Origin: a virus
Direction: 5' to 3' (one strand)
Virus record (IMG/VR): IMGVR_UViG_3300029286_002355
Location: 1-64,000 of that record
DNA: 64,000 bases
Below, one piece after another: positions 36,383 through 46,371 of this stretch. Within the stretch, counting starts at the first letter, position 1. Each line of letters opens with the position of its first letter. A program made the translations under genes and the position numbers. Below the pieces are notes generated by a model. That model had not been told where the DNA came from and ran no database searches. It saw only the letters and a program-made list of their open reading frames with translations.

Positions 36383-36730
36383 TTACCTCCTTAACAATTT
36401 TTTAACGAATTTCAAAAATTTATCTTTTGTCCCGAACACATTTTGAAAATCGCCCCTGAAATCAATAATGGGATTTTCTATATATTTACCACCGCTAGCG
36501 CAACAACAGCCAATCGGAACCAAACTCAATTTCCCATTTTTGAATTCTTTATATTGTGATTGGCTCAGAGAAAAATGTGATATAGATTGATCCGGATCTA
36601 GACTACTTATGATATACACTTTGCATTGTTTGGGGAGAGTGGCATAGTAGAACTGATGCCATTTTGAATCATCGAACATTCCATTACCCTTGAAACCCAA
36701 TGGCGCAACATCTTTGGCATATATTTTCAT
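36383..36730 (-). CDS. hypothetical protein
   Basis: ORF in gene train. Confidence 0.65.
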   Translation of the reverse strand: MKIYAKDVAPLGFKGNGMFDDSKWHQFYYATLPKQCKVYIISSLDPDQSISHFSLSQSQYKEFKNGKLSLVPIGCCCASGGKYIENPIIDFRGDFQNVFGTKDKFLKFVKKLLRR

Positions 36731-36740
36731 AAATTTCTTT

Positions 36741-37031
36741 TTATTTTCTCACCAGACTTTTCCACTCTTTAGAAGGAGCCCCGTATTCGTTTTCGCCAAC
36801 TAACCATTGAGCAGCTTCTATTGCGCCTTCTCTAACATTGTCGGCGTAACCCTTATTTTCATAATTATCGTAAACTTCGTCTTCAGTCATGCGTTCGGTT
36901 AACACATGAATCTGAGCGTCAATAGAATTCCAATGATTATCACCAAACATAGATTGCCTTACTACTGTGGGCTTCATGGCTTTCAGGGTTTCAATTTCCG
37001 CTTCAATTTCTTTTGTATTTGGAATTTTCAT
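36741..37031 (-). CDS. hypothetical protein
   Basis: ORF with ATGA overlap. Confidence 0.65.
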   Translation of the reverse strand: MKIPNTKEIEAEIETLKAMKPTVVRQSMFGDNHWNSIDAQIHVLTERMTEDEVYDNYENKGYADNVREGAIEAAQWLVGENEYGAPSKEWKSLVRK

Positions 37032-37276
37032 ATCGTCCCTCCTTGTTTTCTTAACGCATTTTTTATATCTCTGAGAACTGCATATAGGTTTACGTCCTGA
37101 TCAATAGAAAGTTTTTTCCCTTCCTTTTTCCACTTGCCATAAGTTTCTCCCGTATGACAACTCCAAAGCAACTCATGGGTATCTTCGTCTCTTATAGTAA
37201 TGATTGTATTTGATAAAATAGCAGACTTGATTGCTTCCACCAAAGCATTTGCCTTTATTATTCTATCGATGTCCAT
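37028..37276 (-). CDS. hypothetical protein
   Basis: ORF with SD. Confidence 0.6.
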   Translation of the reverse strand: MDIDRIIKANALVEAIKSAILSNTIITIRDEDTHELLWSCHTGETYGKWKKEGKKLSIDQDVNLYAVLRDIKNALRKQGGTI

Positions 37277-37282
37277 AAGACC

Positions 37283-37573
37283 TCACTTGTATTCAGGTTT
37301 ATATGTCCAAAACACCGTATGATCGTTATTGTAGGTTGGCATGAGTCCAAAGAACTTGCAGAAGAGTAGTTGGTTGATAAATTCAAACTTCTCGCTAATG
37401 CTAATTATGCCATGCTGATAAAAAGGATCGGACTTAAGACGGATTTCAAAACGAACACAATCAACACCATTAGAAGCTTCATCATCAATGAACTTCACTT
37501 CGCAATGTTGTGTTTCTCTGTTGATCGCTCTTAGGTAGCCTTTAACAGCATTTATTTTTTTAGATACATCCAT
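37283..37573 (-). CDS. hypothetical protein
   Basis: ORF downstream of a promoter. Confidence 0.65.
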   Translation of the reverse strand: MDVSKKINAVKGYLRAINRETQHCEVKFIDDEASNGVDCVRFEIRLKSDPFYQHGIISISEKFEFINQLLFCKFFGLMPTYNNDHTVFWTYKPEYK

Positions 37574-37600
37574 AAATCCTTTCTTAATTATTATGCGGTC

Positions 37601-37629
37601 ATCATATCATAAAAGAATGGAAATGTCAA
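37601..37629 (-). promoter_or_regulatory. sigma70-type promoter
   Basis: TTGACA-N17-TATGAT. Confidence 0.65.
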
Positions 37630-37632
37630 GAA

Positions 37633-38004
37633 CTATTCTATTTTTTGGGTTGTTCCTGATGCCGTTGTCCCTCCTGTTTTTACCGTCCATCCGGCCCCCT
37701 TAATATCGTCGGAGGATCGAACATGTAGCCTAACCCCATCCACATATCCAATATTTTCCGTATAAACCGCTTCATAATAGCAAGACTGTCCATTGGTGAC
37801 ATCCGTAAAGATTCTAACGCTTCCATCGCCAAAATCTTTTGTCAGAAGTTCGCTCCCTTCTTTTATCATAACGCTATAATGTCCGGGCTCATGAAGATAA
37901 ATCGCATCCACATCGTATTTTTCCTGAATTTTGTCGCAGCCACATAAAACGACAAGCAATAAAGCGATAAAAATTGCCGTCATAAACATAATATTAGTTT
38001 TCAT
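37633..38004 (-). CDS. predicted lipoprotein
   Basis: Signal peptide ending in VLCG-C. Confidence 0.65.
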   Translation of the reverse strand: MKTNIMFMTAIFIALLLVVLCGCDKIQEKYDVDAIYLHEPGHYSVMIKEGSELLTKDFGDGSVRIFTDVTNGQSCYYEAVYTENIGYVDGVRLHVRSSDDIKGAGWTVKTGGTTASGTTQKIE

Positions 38005-38150
38005 TTTTGCCTCCTATTATCGTTAAAAAAACTTCCAAGCAGTCCAAGCTATTGCACCTATAACAATTGCGGCCAGAATAACAGATCCTAAAAATGAAAA
38101 TACAAATGACCACAACATGCTTTTCTGCGATTGAATTTCGTTTCCGTTAT

Positions 38151-38369
38151 TCATTTTTTCACATCCTCACGGCTAATCAGTATTCGCATGGCTATATTAC
38201 AGGCAAATCCTATGCTCAACAGAACCCAATCAACCCAAGTCAGGTATTTAAACATAAGAAGATTGTAAGGTTTATCCCATACGTGACAGGTACTGGTTAC
38301 GGTTCCTACCAATACAAAAATACCAGTCAAAACAAGTAATATTTCTATCCATATATCAGATTTTCTCAT
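38151..38369 (-). CDS. small membrane protein
   Basis: Two hydrophobic segments. Confidence 0.6.
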   Translation of the reverse strand: MRKSDIWIEILLVLTGIFVLVGTVTSTCHVWDKPYNLLMFKYLTWVDWVLLSIGFACNIAMRILISREDVKK

Positions 38370-39652
38370 TCTTCACCTGCATCTTTCCAAGAAACAAGAG
38401 GAAAAAGTTTGAACAATGGCAATACCAAATCGGCCTCATTAGAAATTACGTCTTCGATATCCTTATAGGCTTGAGGAGCTTCACTAAAATCCATCATACC
38501 CAAGTCCTTTCCCTTACGAGATACAGCCCTGCCATATTTAGTATGATAAACGCCTTCCATTGCTTTTTCTATTTCCTTGATCTTTTCAGGAGTATTGTAT
38601 TCTTGATTAAAGGCATTACGGCCCATTCTACGACCTGCCCCATGAGAACAAGATGACAATGATTCTTTTTGCCCACGTCCCCTTACGATGTAGGAAGCGG
38701 TGCCTTGAGAACCGGGTATGATTCCAATGGTCTTTTCACTTGCCAATGTAGCTCCCTTACGATGAACCCAAATATTTCTTCCAAAATGGTTTTCTATAGA
38801 GGCATAGTTATGATGAATGTTGATGAGATCCTTTACCCCCACTATTTCTCCCGAAGTGTTTTGCATATTAGGGAAGTAATGAAGCAGATTGTCCCAAATA
38901 TCATCCAACATAGCTTTGCGGTTATAGAAGGCAAAGTTAAGGCACATATTCATCCATCCCAAATAAGCCTTTCCTTCTTGGGAAGTAACAGGCAAGAAAG
39001 GAACAGAAGATTGCGAATACCACTCATGATTTATTTTTGCAGCAACATCATTAAAGTGATCGCATACTTTCTTACCTATATTACGGGAGCCAGAATGAAC
39101 CATAACCCAAATGTTTCCATTTTCGTCATATTGGAGTTCTATGAAGTGGTTGCCGCCTCCCAAGGTTCCCATTTGAGAAAAGAAAGCATCGGGTTTAACA
39201 ATCACGGGAACGGAAAGAACATCCAATCTATTTTCTCCCATGCAGAGATGTTTTGTGAGAGCATAATTAATCTTGTCACTGTATTTCTGTTCCATTATCT
39301 TTCGGCGTTGGTCTGTGTTATGCGAAAAGCCCATAGGAATAGCTCGTTCAATAGCATGATGAAGGATTTCTTCTTTCCCTTTAATATCTTGAACAGTAAG
39401 GTTGGTACGGAAAGCACCAAGGCCGCAGCCGATATCGACACCCACGAAGTTAGGAACAACAACACTAGTGCATGCAACAACTCCACCAATTGGCATGCTC
39501 ATTCCCTGATGACAGTCCGGCATCAAAGCAAAATGCTCGACAAATGGGAGTTTAGCAATGGCCTCTATCTGTTCAATAGCTCCCGCCTCAATATCGGAAC
39601 ACCAAGAAAAAACGGGCTTTCCATTCGATAACTTTATTTCCATAGTTTTCAT
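38366..39652 (-). CDS. rtcB: RtcB 3'-5' RNA ligase
   Basis: MPDCHQG, GVDIGCG, GTLGGGNHFIE, HSGSR, HHNY, HRKGA, HGAGR, EAPQAYK. Confidence 0.95.
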   Translation of the reverse strand: MKTMEIKLSNGKPVFSWCSDIEAGAIEQIEAIAKLPFVEHFALMPDCHQGMSMPIGGVVACTSVVVPNFVGVDIGCGLGAFRTNLTVQDIKGKEEILHHAIERAIPMGFSHNTDQRRKIMEQKYSDKINYALTKHLCMGENRLDVLSVPVIVKPDAFFSQMGTLGGGNHFIELQYDENGNIWVMVHSGSRNIGKKVCDHFNDVAAKINHEWYSQSSVPFLPVTSQEGKAYLGWMNMCLNFAFYNRKAMLDDIWDNLLHYFPNMQNTSGEIVGVKDLINIHHNYASIENHFGRNIWVHRKGATLASEKTIGIIPGSQGTASYIVRGRGQKESLSSCSHGAGRRMGRNAFNQEYNTPEKIKEIEKAMEGVYHTKYGRAVSRKGKDLGMMDFSEAPQAYKDIEDVISNEADLVLPLFKLFPLVSWKDAGEE

Positions 39653-39682
39653 GTATACATCGTAGCATATTTACTAAAAAAG

Positions 39683-40030
39683 TCAAGGACTAATTTCATC
39701 TTTTTTAATAGAATACAGTTTCCAACCCCTATGGTTCATGCTAGTTCTTTCGTCTATTTTACTACCACCATTTCTTACCTCAAATTGTTGGTAGTCCACT
39801 CCATACTTTTTTATTTCTCTTTTTATGCCTCCTTCTATAATAAATTCTTCACCAAGAGGAGAAACTAACTTCCATAACTTTGCATGAGGGTTTTTAAGTC
39901 CCATTTTTGAATCCGATATGTGTCTTCTAACCCTTGGCAACGTAGCAACATTTTTCCCTGTTTTCTTGTCAATCCAAGGCTTATTTTTCCTACATCTATC
40001 GGAAGCTTCTTTCTTCTGTTCATTTGACAC
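39683..40030 (-). pseudogene. C-terminal NUMOD3-like fragment of a homing endonuclease truncated by the IS
   Basis: RHISDSKMGLKNPHAK; the first codons of track ORF 39683-40090 lie inside the IS left end. Confidence 0.55.
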
Positions 40031-41405
40031 GAGCGGAAACCCCGACATCTTTAGTGTGGGGGAGGTAAGCGAGTTACTATATCCACTCATCTCCTTTCTT
40101 TAACTTTCTACTATTATACATCTTTAATTCCTGAAATGCAAGAAAATAATCAAAGAAATAAAGAGGAAAAGACTAAATAGTTATAGAAGAACATAATATA
40201 TGAATATCTTAACGTATAATATAAAACTTGAACCGAAAGATAAGGAAGAATATGATCTTCTTTATTCTACACTACTTGAACACCAGAAGGTTTGGAATTA
40301 TATGTCAGAATACGTTTTTAAGTCAAAGAACGTAGATAAACGATTAATCCACGACAAAAATTACCATAAGTGCAGAAAACTGTTTCCCGATTGTCCTTCC
40401 CAAATAATAATTAGAGCCAAGGATTCTGTATTTTCTACCTATAAAACTATTCAATCTAATCATCACAAATTAGAAAAGCCAGCAAAACAAGAAAATCTCT
40501 CTGTTAGGCTTGACAAAAGAATATATACGTTCTTTCCTAATAATAAAATCAAACTAACTACGACAGGAAAAAGAATAATGTGCTCTTACGTTCCCTATTC
40601 TAAATTTCAAGAGATGTTCAATAGATATGCCGTATGTGATCCACTTTTGTTTTTTAAAGACAATCAGTTTTGGCTTTCTGTTTCTTTTGAGGTTAATACC
40701 CCAACTCTTATAGAAAATAGCTGTATTGGAGTGGATTTAGGTATTAAACGGTTTGCAACAACCTCTGAGGGAATTTCTTTTATAGATAGAACGTTCCTTA
40801 AAGAAAAAAGAAAATTGAGATATCTAAAGCGAATCTTACAGTCAAAATCCAAATCTACCTTTTCTCGTTCTGCTCAAAGAAAACTAAAGAACCTTAAGAA
40901 AAGAGAACAAAATAAGAATAAAAATCAAACTCATCTCATTGCTAACAAAATTCTAAACACTAAGTCTAATGTTATTGTTATGGAAGATTTAAGTGGAATT
41001 AAATCTTCTAATAAAGGTAAGAAATTTAATAACAGACAATCTCAAGTTCCTTATTTTGATTTAAGAAGGATACTAACATACAAGGCACTATTGCAAGGAA
41101 AAACAATAGTAACGGTTGACCCTGCTTATACCTCTAAAGATGACTATACTGGTCTTGAACGAGGAATAAGAAGTGGATGCAGATATTACACCTCAGACGG
41201 CAGAGTTTATGATGCAGATTGGAATGCTGCTATAAATATTGCTCAACGTTATTCTATAAGAAAAAGAGTAAAAGGTGTAAAACTCCCTGTTTCGTTTAAT
41301 ATACCTATTGATGGTAAATTAAACCTTATAGGCAAGCCACATCAACTGGCTAATCGTGAGATAAGGTCTCGCAAACCCAATGATCTTTAGTCATTGGGTA
41401 GTTGA
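40031..41405 (+). mobile_element. tnpB-only IS200/IS605 (IS1341-like) element
   Basis: Left end nearly identical to 28941-28990; right end CCCAATGA-TCTTTAG-TCATTGGG-TAGTTGA. Confidence 0.85.
40200..41390 (+). CDS. tnpB: TnpB nuclease (zinc finger absent)
   Basis: GVDLG, VMEDL, PAYTSK, DADWNAA; paralog of 29112-30302. Confidence 0.9.
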   Translation: MNILTYNIKLEPKDKEEYDLLYSTLLEHQKVWNYMSEYVFKSKNVDKRLIHDKNYHKCRKLFPDCPSQIIIRAKDSVFSTYKTIQSNHHKLEKPAKQENLSVRLDKRIYTFFPNNKIKLTTTGKRIMCSYVPYSKFQEMFNRYAVCDPLLFFKDNQFWLSVSFEVNTPTLIENSCIGVDLGIKRFATTSEGISFIDRTFLKEKRKLRYLKRILQSKSKSTFSRSAQRKLKNLKKREQNKNKNQTHLIANKILNTKSNVIVMEDLSGIKSSNKGKKFNNRQSQVPYFDLRRILTYKALLQGKTIVTVDPAYTSKDDYTGLERGIRSGCRYYTSDGRVYDADWNAAINIAQRYSIRKRVKGVKLPVSFNIPIDGKLNLIGKPHQLANREIRSRKPNDL

Positions 41406-42137
41406 TTATGCCCCCTTGAATAACCGATCTGATAAATACGATGACAAACTAGCATACTTAATAGCCGACTCTGTTTTGGCAATATTGTAAAACACCCTTC
41501 TAAGAGTAAAAGTAACATTATCGCCAAAATCAAAAATACCATAACAAGCCCTGCAATCTCCGTCTCTGGGTTGTCCTACACTTCCAACATTTACAATAAA
41601 CTTTTGGTCTTTATCTAGAACCATATCATCTGTCAAGAATTCATATAGTCCATTTTTACTTCCAAAAACAAATGGATTGTGCGTATGTCCAACCAAACAT
41701 ATTCTAGACGGAGTTATTTTCAGTTCTTCCCTTGCCTTGTGTTTGGCATCTATATAATTCCATAGAGAAGGTTCTGAAAAAGATCCATGACATAAAACCA
41801 TATCCAATTCAGGAATATTTATGGTATGTGGAAGATTGGCTATAGCTTTTATTGCTTCTTCGCTAAGATTTTTTCTCGCATAACGAACCCCCTCAATGGC
41901 ATAAAGATTCAATTCTTTCTCCATAACGGCATTACAAACGCATTCTTCGTGATTTCCCTTGATCATTTTCTGGCAAAGAGAAGAGACAATACCCAAACAT
42001 TTAAGTGGATCTGGCCCATATCCTACAACATCTCCAAGACAATAAACTACGCCAATATCTTGTGACTTTAGATCCTCTACAACAGCCTGTAAAGCTTCCA
42101 AGTTTCCATGAATGTCAGATATGATGGCTATTTTCAT
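41406..42137 (-). CDS. calcineurin-like metallophosphoesterase
   Basis: SDIHGN, LGDVVGYG, GNHE, HGS, GHTH, NVGSVGQPRD. Confidence 0.9.
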   Translation of the reverse strand: MKIAIISDIHGNLEALQAVVEDLKSQDIGVVYCLGDVVGYGPDPLKCLGIVSSLCQKMIKGNHEECVCNAVMEKELNLYAIEGVRYARKNLSEEAIKAIANLPHTINIPELDMVLCHGSFSEPSLWNYIDAKHKAREELKITPSRICLVGHTHNPFVFGSKNGLYEFLTDDMVLDKDQKFIVNVGSVGQPRDGDCRACYGIFDFGDNVTFTLRRVFYNIAKTESAIKYASLSSYLSDRLFKGA

Positions 42138-42901
42138 TTGACGACAACTCCCTTCAAGAAATTTACGGGTTTTGGGTATTCCATATTGAGCATGGTCATT
42201 TCTTTAACCGTAATTTTTGCAATGAGTAAATTTCTATACCACTGAGAGTTTGATGGAATAATTTGCCAATATTTAGTATTAGTTGCATTGATAACTTGAT
42301 CGTATGCATCTATATATTTGTCCCACAGAAGTCTTTCTTTAAGGTCTGCTTCTGATATTTTCCAGTTTTTAGCTGGGTCATCAATTCTCTCCTGAAGCCT
42401 TTCCCTTTGTTTCTCTTTGGATATATGCAGGAAAAACTTTAAAATTGTGGTTCCTTGCCGCCACAACATATCTTCAAAAGTGTTAATATATCTATATCTG
42501 TCTCGAATTTCATCATTCCCTACTAATTCATGAACCTTGGGGAACAGAACATCCTCATAATAACTTCTATTAAAAATAACAATTTCTCCTTTGGCCGGAA
42601 CTTGTTTATGTATTCTCCACAAAAAGTCATGATCAGATTCCTCTTGGGTTGGAGTTTTAAACGAAACTACCCTTACCCCTTGAGGATTAAAACCGCTAAA
42701 GGAATGGCGAATAACTCCATCTTTACCCGAAGCATCCATACCCTGCAAAACAATTAAAATACTATGTTGGTGTCCTGCATATAACAACTCTTGTAATTTA
42801 GACAATTCTTCCTGAACCATAACCATTTCTTTTATGGCTTCTTCTTTTTGGCCTTTTTTGAAAGCAGGGTCTATGTTTTTAAGATTCATTTTATCAATCA
42901 A
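42134..42901 (-). CDS. ppk2: polyphosphate kinase 2 family protein
   Basis: QGMDASGKDG, FKTPT, DFLWR, FNRSYYE, KFFLHISK. Confidence 0.92.
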   Translation of the reverse strand: MIDKMNLKNIDPAFKKGQKEEAIKEMVMVQEELSKLQELLYAGHQHSILIVLQGMDASGKDGVIRHSFSGFNPQGVRVVSFKTPTQEESDHDFLWRIHKQVPAKGEIVIFNRSYYEDVLFPKVHELVGNDEIRDRYRYINTFEDMLWRQGTTILKFFLHISKEKQRERLQERIDDPAKNWKISEADLKERLLWDKYIDAYDQVINATNTKYWQIIPSNSQWYRNLLIAKITVKEMTMLNMEYPKPVNFLKGVVVK

Positions 42902-43628
42902 AAGTAAGTGTTTCTGGCATCTTCCGCTTGTGTTCGGAGTTTTTTATCCTTCTCATAATATTACTAACTTTATCTTCGCCTAAATTTAACTTTAAGTCAT
43001 GCAGTTGCCCCTGAACCCTTCCTGTCAGTAGTTTTAGAATATTATCCATTTCACTATAGGGCATCCCAATTTCGCTTTCATCGGTTTGCCCAGCCCACAA
43101 TTCCGCAGAAGGAGGCTTGTTAAGAATGCTTGGTGGGAAGTTCGGATAAGTTTTGGCAACTTCCCATACTTCGGTTTTGAATAAGCCGCCAATAGGTTCT
43201 ACATCACATCCACCATCGCCATACTTAGTAAAATATCCAAGCATCATTTCTGTTCTATTACTCGTACCAATAACCAAACCATTATTTTCAGAAGCTAGTC
43301 CGTAAAGAATAGCCATGCGAACTCTTGCTCTGGTATTTCCCATGGTTAGACGGTTGGTAAAACCAAATCCGTCCACAATCAACTTAATGTTTGTACATCC
43401 ATAATTGGGAAGTTCTAGGATCGAAGCCACTTTATCTGCATCACCGGTTGATTGATCGCCATAAGGCATTGTTCTTGCAAAAATTTTATCTTTACCCAAA
43501 GCTTCAACGCAGAGAAATGTAATAAGGGCAGAGTCCACCCCACCCGATTCCCCTATAATAGCGTTTCGTCCATTCATAAAAGAACGTATTTTTTCAACCA
43601 AATTGGCTCTGACTTTTATATAATCCAT
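42894..43628 (-). CDS. nadE: NH3-dependent NAD+ synthetase
   Basis: SGGVDS, GNTRARVRM, GTSNRTE, GYFTKYGDG, PPSAEL. Confidence 0.93.
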   Translation of the reverse strand: MDYIKVRANLVEKIRSFMNGRNAIIGESGGVDSALITFLCVEALGKDKIFARTMPYGDQSTGDADKVASILELPNYGCTNIKLIVDGFGFTNRLTMGNTRARVRMAILYGLASENNGLVIGTSNRTEMMLGYFTKYGDGGCDVEPIGGLFKTEVWEVAKTYPNFPPSILNKPPSAELWAGQTDESEIGMPYSEMDNILKLLTGRVQGQLHDLKLNLGEDKVSNIMRRIKNSEHKRKMPETLTFD

Positions 43629-43680
43629 TGTTATCTCCTTGTCTTTCTTTACATTGTATTTGATTCGGAAAATAAATCAA

Positions 43681-44418
43681 TCATTTTTTACAAATATAAA
43701 TCAGGGATGATTCTTCCCCTACCGTTATGTTCATATTCACTACATCCGAAAAAACCTCCCTTAATACCACTTCGAGCCTTTCTTCCGGAATCCAAAGAAA
43801 CGAAGTATGGTGCGGCTCATGTCCTTCTACATAAACAGACCGATGAATGAAACCGTTAGCATCCAAACAATGTATCTCCACATACTCTTTACCATTTGCT
43901 TTGAAAGTTCTAGTTACAGGCTTTTCGCTTGGGGTCTCAGGGAAAGTGCTGAATACGAATTTAGAATTTTTTGTCATTGATCTTTTAAGAAGAAGCAGGT
44001 TGTCTTTATCGAACCAATAGTTGATACCCTGTTGACAAATGACCGCATCATAAGTATCGGCATAAGCATAATACTTTAGGAAGCTGTGGGTAGAACCATT
44101 AAAAAGAAGGACTTCCCTATCATAGTCGTTAGAGCAAGAAAGCAAGTTCCCATCTTTATTAAAACCTCTTTTGTTAAATCCTATTTTTTGTGGTATTTCG
44201 TAGATATGTGGGTTGGTATCTACGCCGGTTACAGAATAGGCTCCCATTTCAACAGCTTCTTTAATCCCGTTCCCATTGACGCCACAACAAAGTTCTAATA
44301 CCATTTTTTTATCTATGGGGATAGCAAACGCCAAGAGTTCTCTGGGGGTTTTTTCGACAAGATGAGGATATAAAATCGCATATTCGTCACTTGCCATTTT
44401 AAATTTTGGTTCCGACAT
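43681..44418 (-). CDS. class I SAM-dependent methyltransferase
   Basis: VLELCCG, GVD, YDAVICQQG. Confidence 0.75.
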   Translation of the reverse strand: MSEPKFKMASDEYAILYPHLVEKTPRELLAFAIPIDKKMVLELCCGVNGNGIKEAVEMGAYSVTGVDTNPHIYEIPQKIGFNKRGFNKDGNLLSCSNDYDREVLLFNGSTHSFLKYYAYADTYDAVICQQGINYWFDKDNLLLLKRSMTKNSKFVFSTFPETPSEKPVTRTFKANGKEYVEIHCLDANGFIHRSVYVEGHEPHHTSFLWIPEERLEVVLREVFSDVVNMNITVGEESSLIYICKK

Positions 44419-44428
44419 ATTTATCCTT

Positions 44429-46111
44429 TCATTTTTTCATCTTTACAGAATACAATTTCTTCCCATCGGTATAATACATTCCACCCGAAACATTAAACAT
44501 TCTATCAGAGGCACCAAAAGGAGGATTATCAATAACCTTTACGTTCTCCCCCTTAAATACTTCAACATTGGAATCGCTTACCAAAACAGCAACCCCATTA
44601 GGCATAACGGTTAAATTCATATTACAGTAAGATACATCGTGGGTTATTCTAATGGTATATTTTGCATAGGAAGGATCAAATGACAACACCAGTCTAGTAT
44701 ACTCTCCCTTCTTTTCTGCAATAATAGCACATACGTTTCTTTCCGATCTAGCATCAATAATCCGAAGACCATCCAATTCCTTAACATGAATACTTTGGCA
44801 AGAACCTTTTACATAAGGAATGGTTACATATTTTTTCCCTAGCAAATCCTGTATGATTACTCCATCAAAAACTTGGGTAGAAAGATCCATAACCGAAAGA
44901 GCCATGCGTGTTCCATGCACCGTCTTTTCTCCAAATCGAGTAAAACTATTTTCAATTAATTTGCCATCAAAAACGGTGTAAATGCATCCGTTTCGATACA
45001 TCATATCTTCTGCCGCAATCTTCCCTACGTCTTTTCCGTTATCGTCAAAAATAGAAACTATTCCGTCCTTAAGAATACAAACCACAGGAGCTACCCCATT
45101 CGATTCGCACATAAGAACCTTCTTTGCGTCGTCAATGATAACAGGAAGTTTAGCTCTACCCTTATAAATATTTTTCTTGCCAATTAAGAAGTTGATACCC
45201 ATGAAATTGAAAACGTTCAAAATGACTTCGGGACATTCTTCCGAAAGAACCGTGATGAATGCATCTGTAGCCGATATGATATTGAAAGTATGTGGAATAG
45301 CTACCGAAACAATATCTCCCATGCTAGGCGGGGAACATCGGGCATTGTCAACGAAAACTTGCTTAAGCCATTTTAAATGACTACTTGGAATAATGGAAAA
45401 ATCATTACAGGATTTGGGGAGAGAAACTTTGGGATCAAAAATAGAGATGCCCTTTTCCATTCTCTTCAACCACTCGCTATTTTTGTAATCAGGATGAGAA
45501 CCTTTAAATGGATGAATTCCCACCCACAATTGAGTAGCTAAGACAGCAAAAGAGAACCAATCGCTTCCTTCATTCCATTTGTTAGCCTTAATGGTTCTGT
45601 CACGAATACTCTCCATGATTGCCGTAGCTCTAAAAGATGGGGTTTGATAAGAATCTACATCAATAAAAAATACATCATCAAATTTCTTAGCAACCAATTC
45701 GTTCATTTCGTTAAGGTCTACTATAAGACAATTCGCATCATGAATGGACTGAACGACCACTTGCATTTGAGATATCAATTCGTTTACCTGCTCATTACTT
45801 ATGTTATTTTGCTGTTTGAAACTATTGGTAAATAGTTGGCAGAGAGGGTAAGAGCCCTTCTTAAACTCCAAAGCATATCCGACAGGTTTATTGTCTTCAT
45901 AAACAATAGCTAATGGGATAAGAACATTAGGGTGTTTGATTTGCTTTAATTCATCAATTTTTTGAGAAGGAAGCATTTGTTGTGGGTCATTGTAAATCTT
46001 GTATGCAGTTTTATCTTTGACGTAGATAGAAGCTTCTCCACCGCTTGCTAGGTAGTCATTATCGGTAAGGGTTATCTTCCCCATCCCTTCAACTGTATAA
46101 GTAGTCTTCAT
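44429..46111 (-). CDS. Ser/Thr protein kinase, YegI/TerY-associated type
   Basis: SGGEASIY, AYKIY, VDLNEMN, IDVDSY, SDWFSFAV, HPF. Confidence 0.82.
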   Translation of the reverse strand: MKTTYTVEGMGKITLTDNDYLASGGEASIYVKDKTAYKIYNDPQQMLPSQKIDELKQIKHPNVLIPLAIVYEDNKPVGYALEFKKGSYPLCQLFTNSFKQQNNISNEQVNELISQMQVVVQSIHDANCLIVDLNEMNELVAKKFDDVFFIDVDSYQTPSFRATAIMESIRDRTIKANKWNEGSDWFSFAVLATQLWVGIHPFKGSHPDYKNSEWLKRMEKGISIFDPKVSLPKSCNDFSIIPSSHLKWLKQVFVDNARCSPPSMGDIVSVAIPHTFNIISATDAFITVLSEECPEVILNVFNFMGINFLIGKKNIYKGRAKLPVIIDDAKKVLMCESNGVAPVVCILKDGIVSIFDDNGKDVGKIAAEDMMYRNGCIYTVFDGKLIENSFTRFGEKTVHGTRMALSVMDLSTQVFDGVIIQDLLGKKYVTIPYVKGSCQSIHVKELDGLRIIDARSERNVCAIIAEKKGEYTRLVLSFDPSYAKYTIRITHDVSYCNMNLTVMPNGVAVLVSDSNVEVFKGENVKVIDNPPFGASDRMFNVSGGMYYTDGKKLYSVKMKK

Positions 46112-46362
46112 TCATCTTTCTTCCAAACAATTTTATACCTTCTCACAATTGTATCTACGTCAAATGCCCTACAATCATCGCATACTCCACCAAGTTTATT
46201 TATGTTCCCAACAAGAAATATACCTATTTTTGTATCAATGAGAGTACCGGGAATATTGAGATGTCTCTTGCAAAAAGAATCTAATTCGTCCAATTCTTTT
46301 CCCTTTTCGTTTGAGTAAATAGTCCCAAAAGGTAATCCGCACTTAATCCATCCATCTTTCAT
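46108..46362 (-). CDS. hypothetical protein
   Basis: VGNINKLGGVCDDC; ATGA overlap. Confidence 0.65.
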   Translation of the reverse strand: MKDGWIKCGLPFGTIYSNEKGKELDELDSFCKRHLNIPGTLIDTKIGIFLVGNINKLGGVCDDCRAFDVDTIVRRYKIVWKKDE

Positions 46363-46371
46363 AACTCCTCC

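Noticed and set aside
38669-39631. 320-aa plus-strand ORF
   Set aside because: Entirely antisense to rtcB with no recognisable motifs; a shadow ORF.
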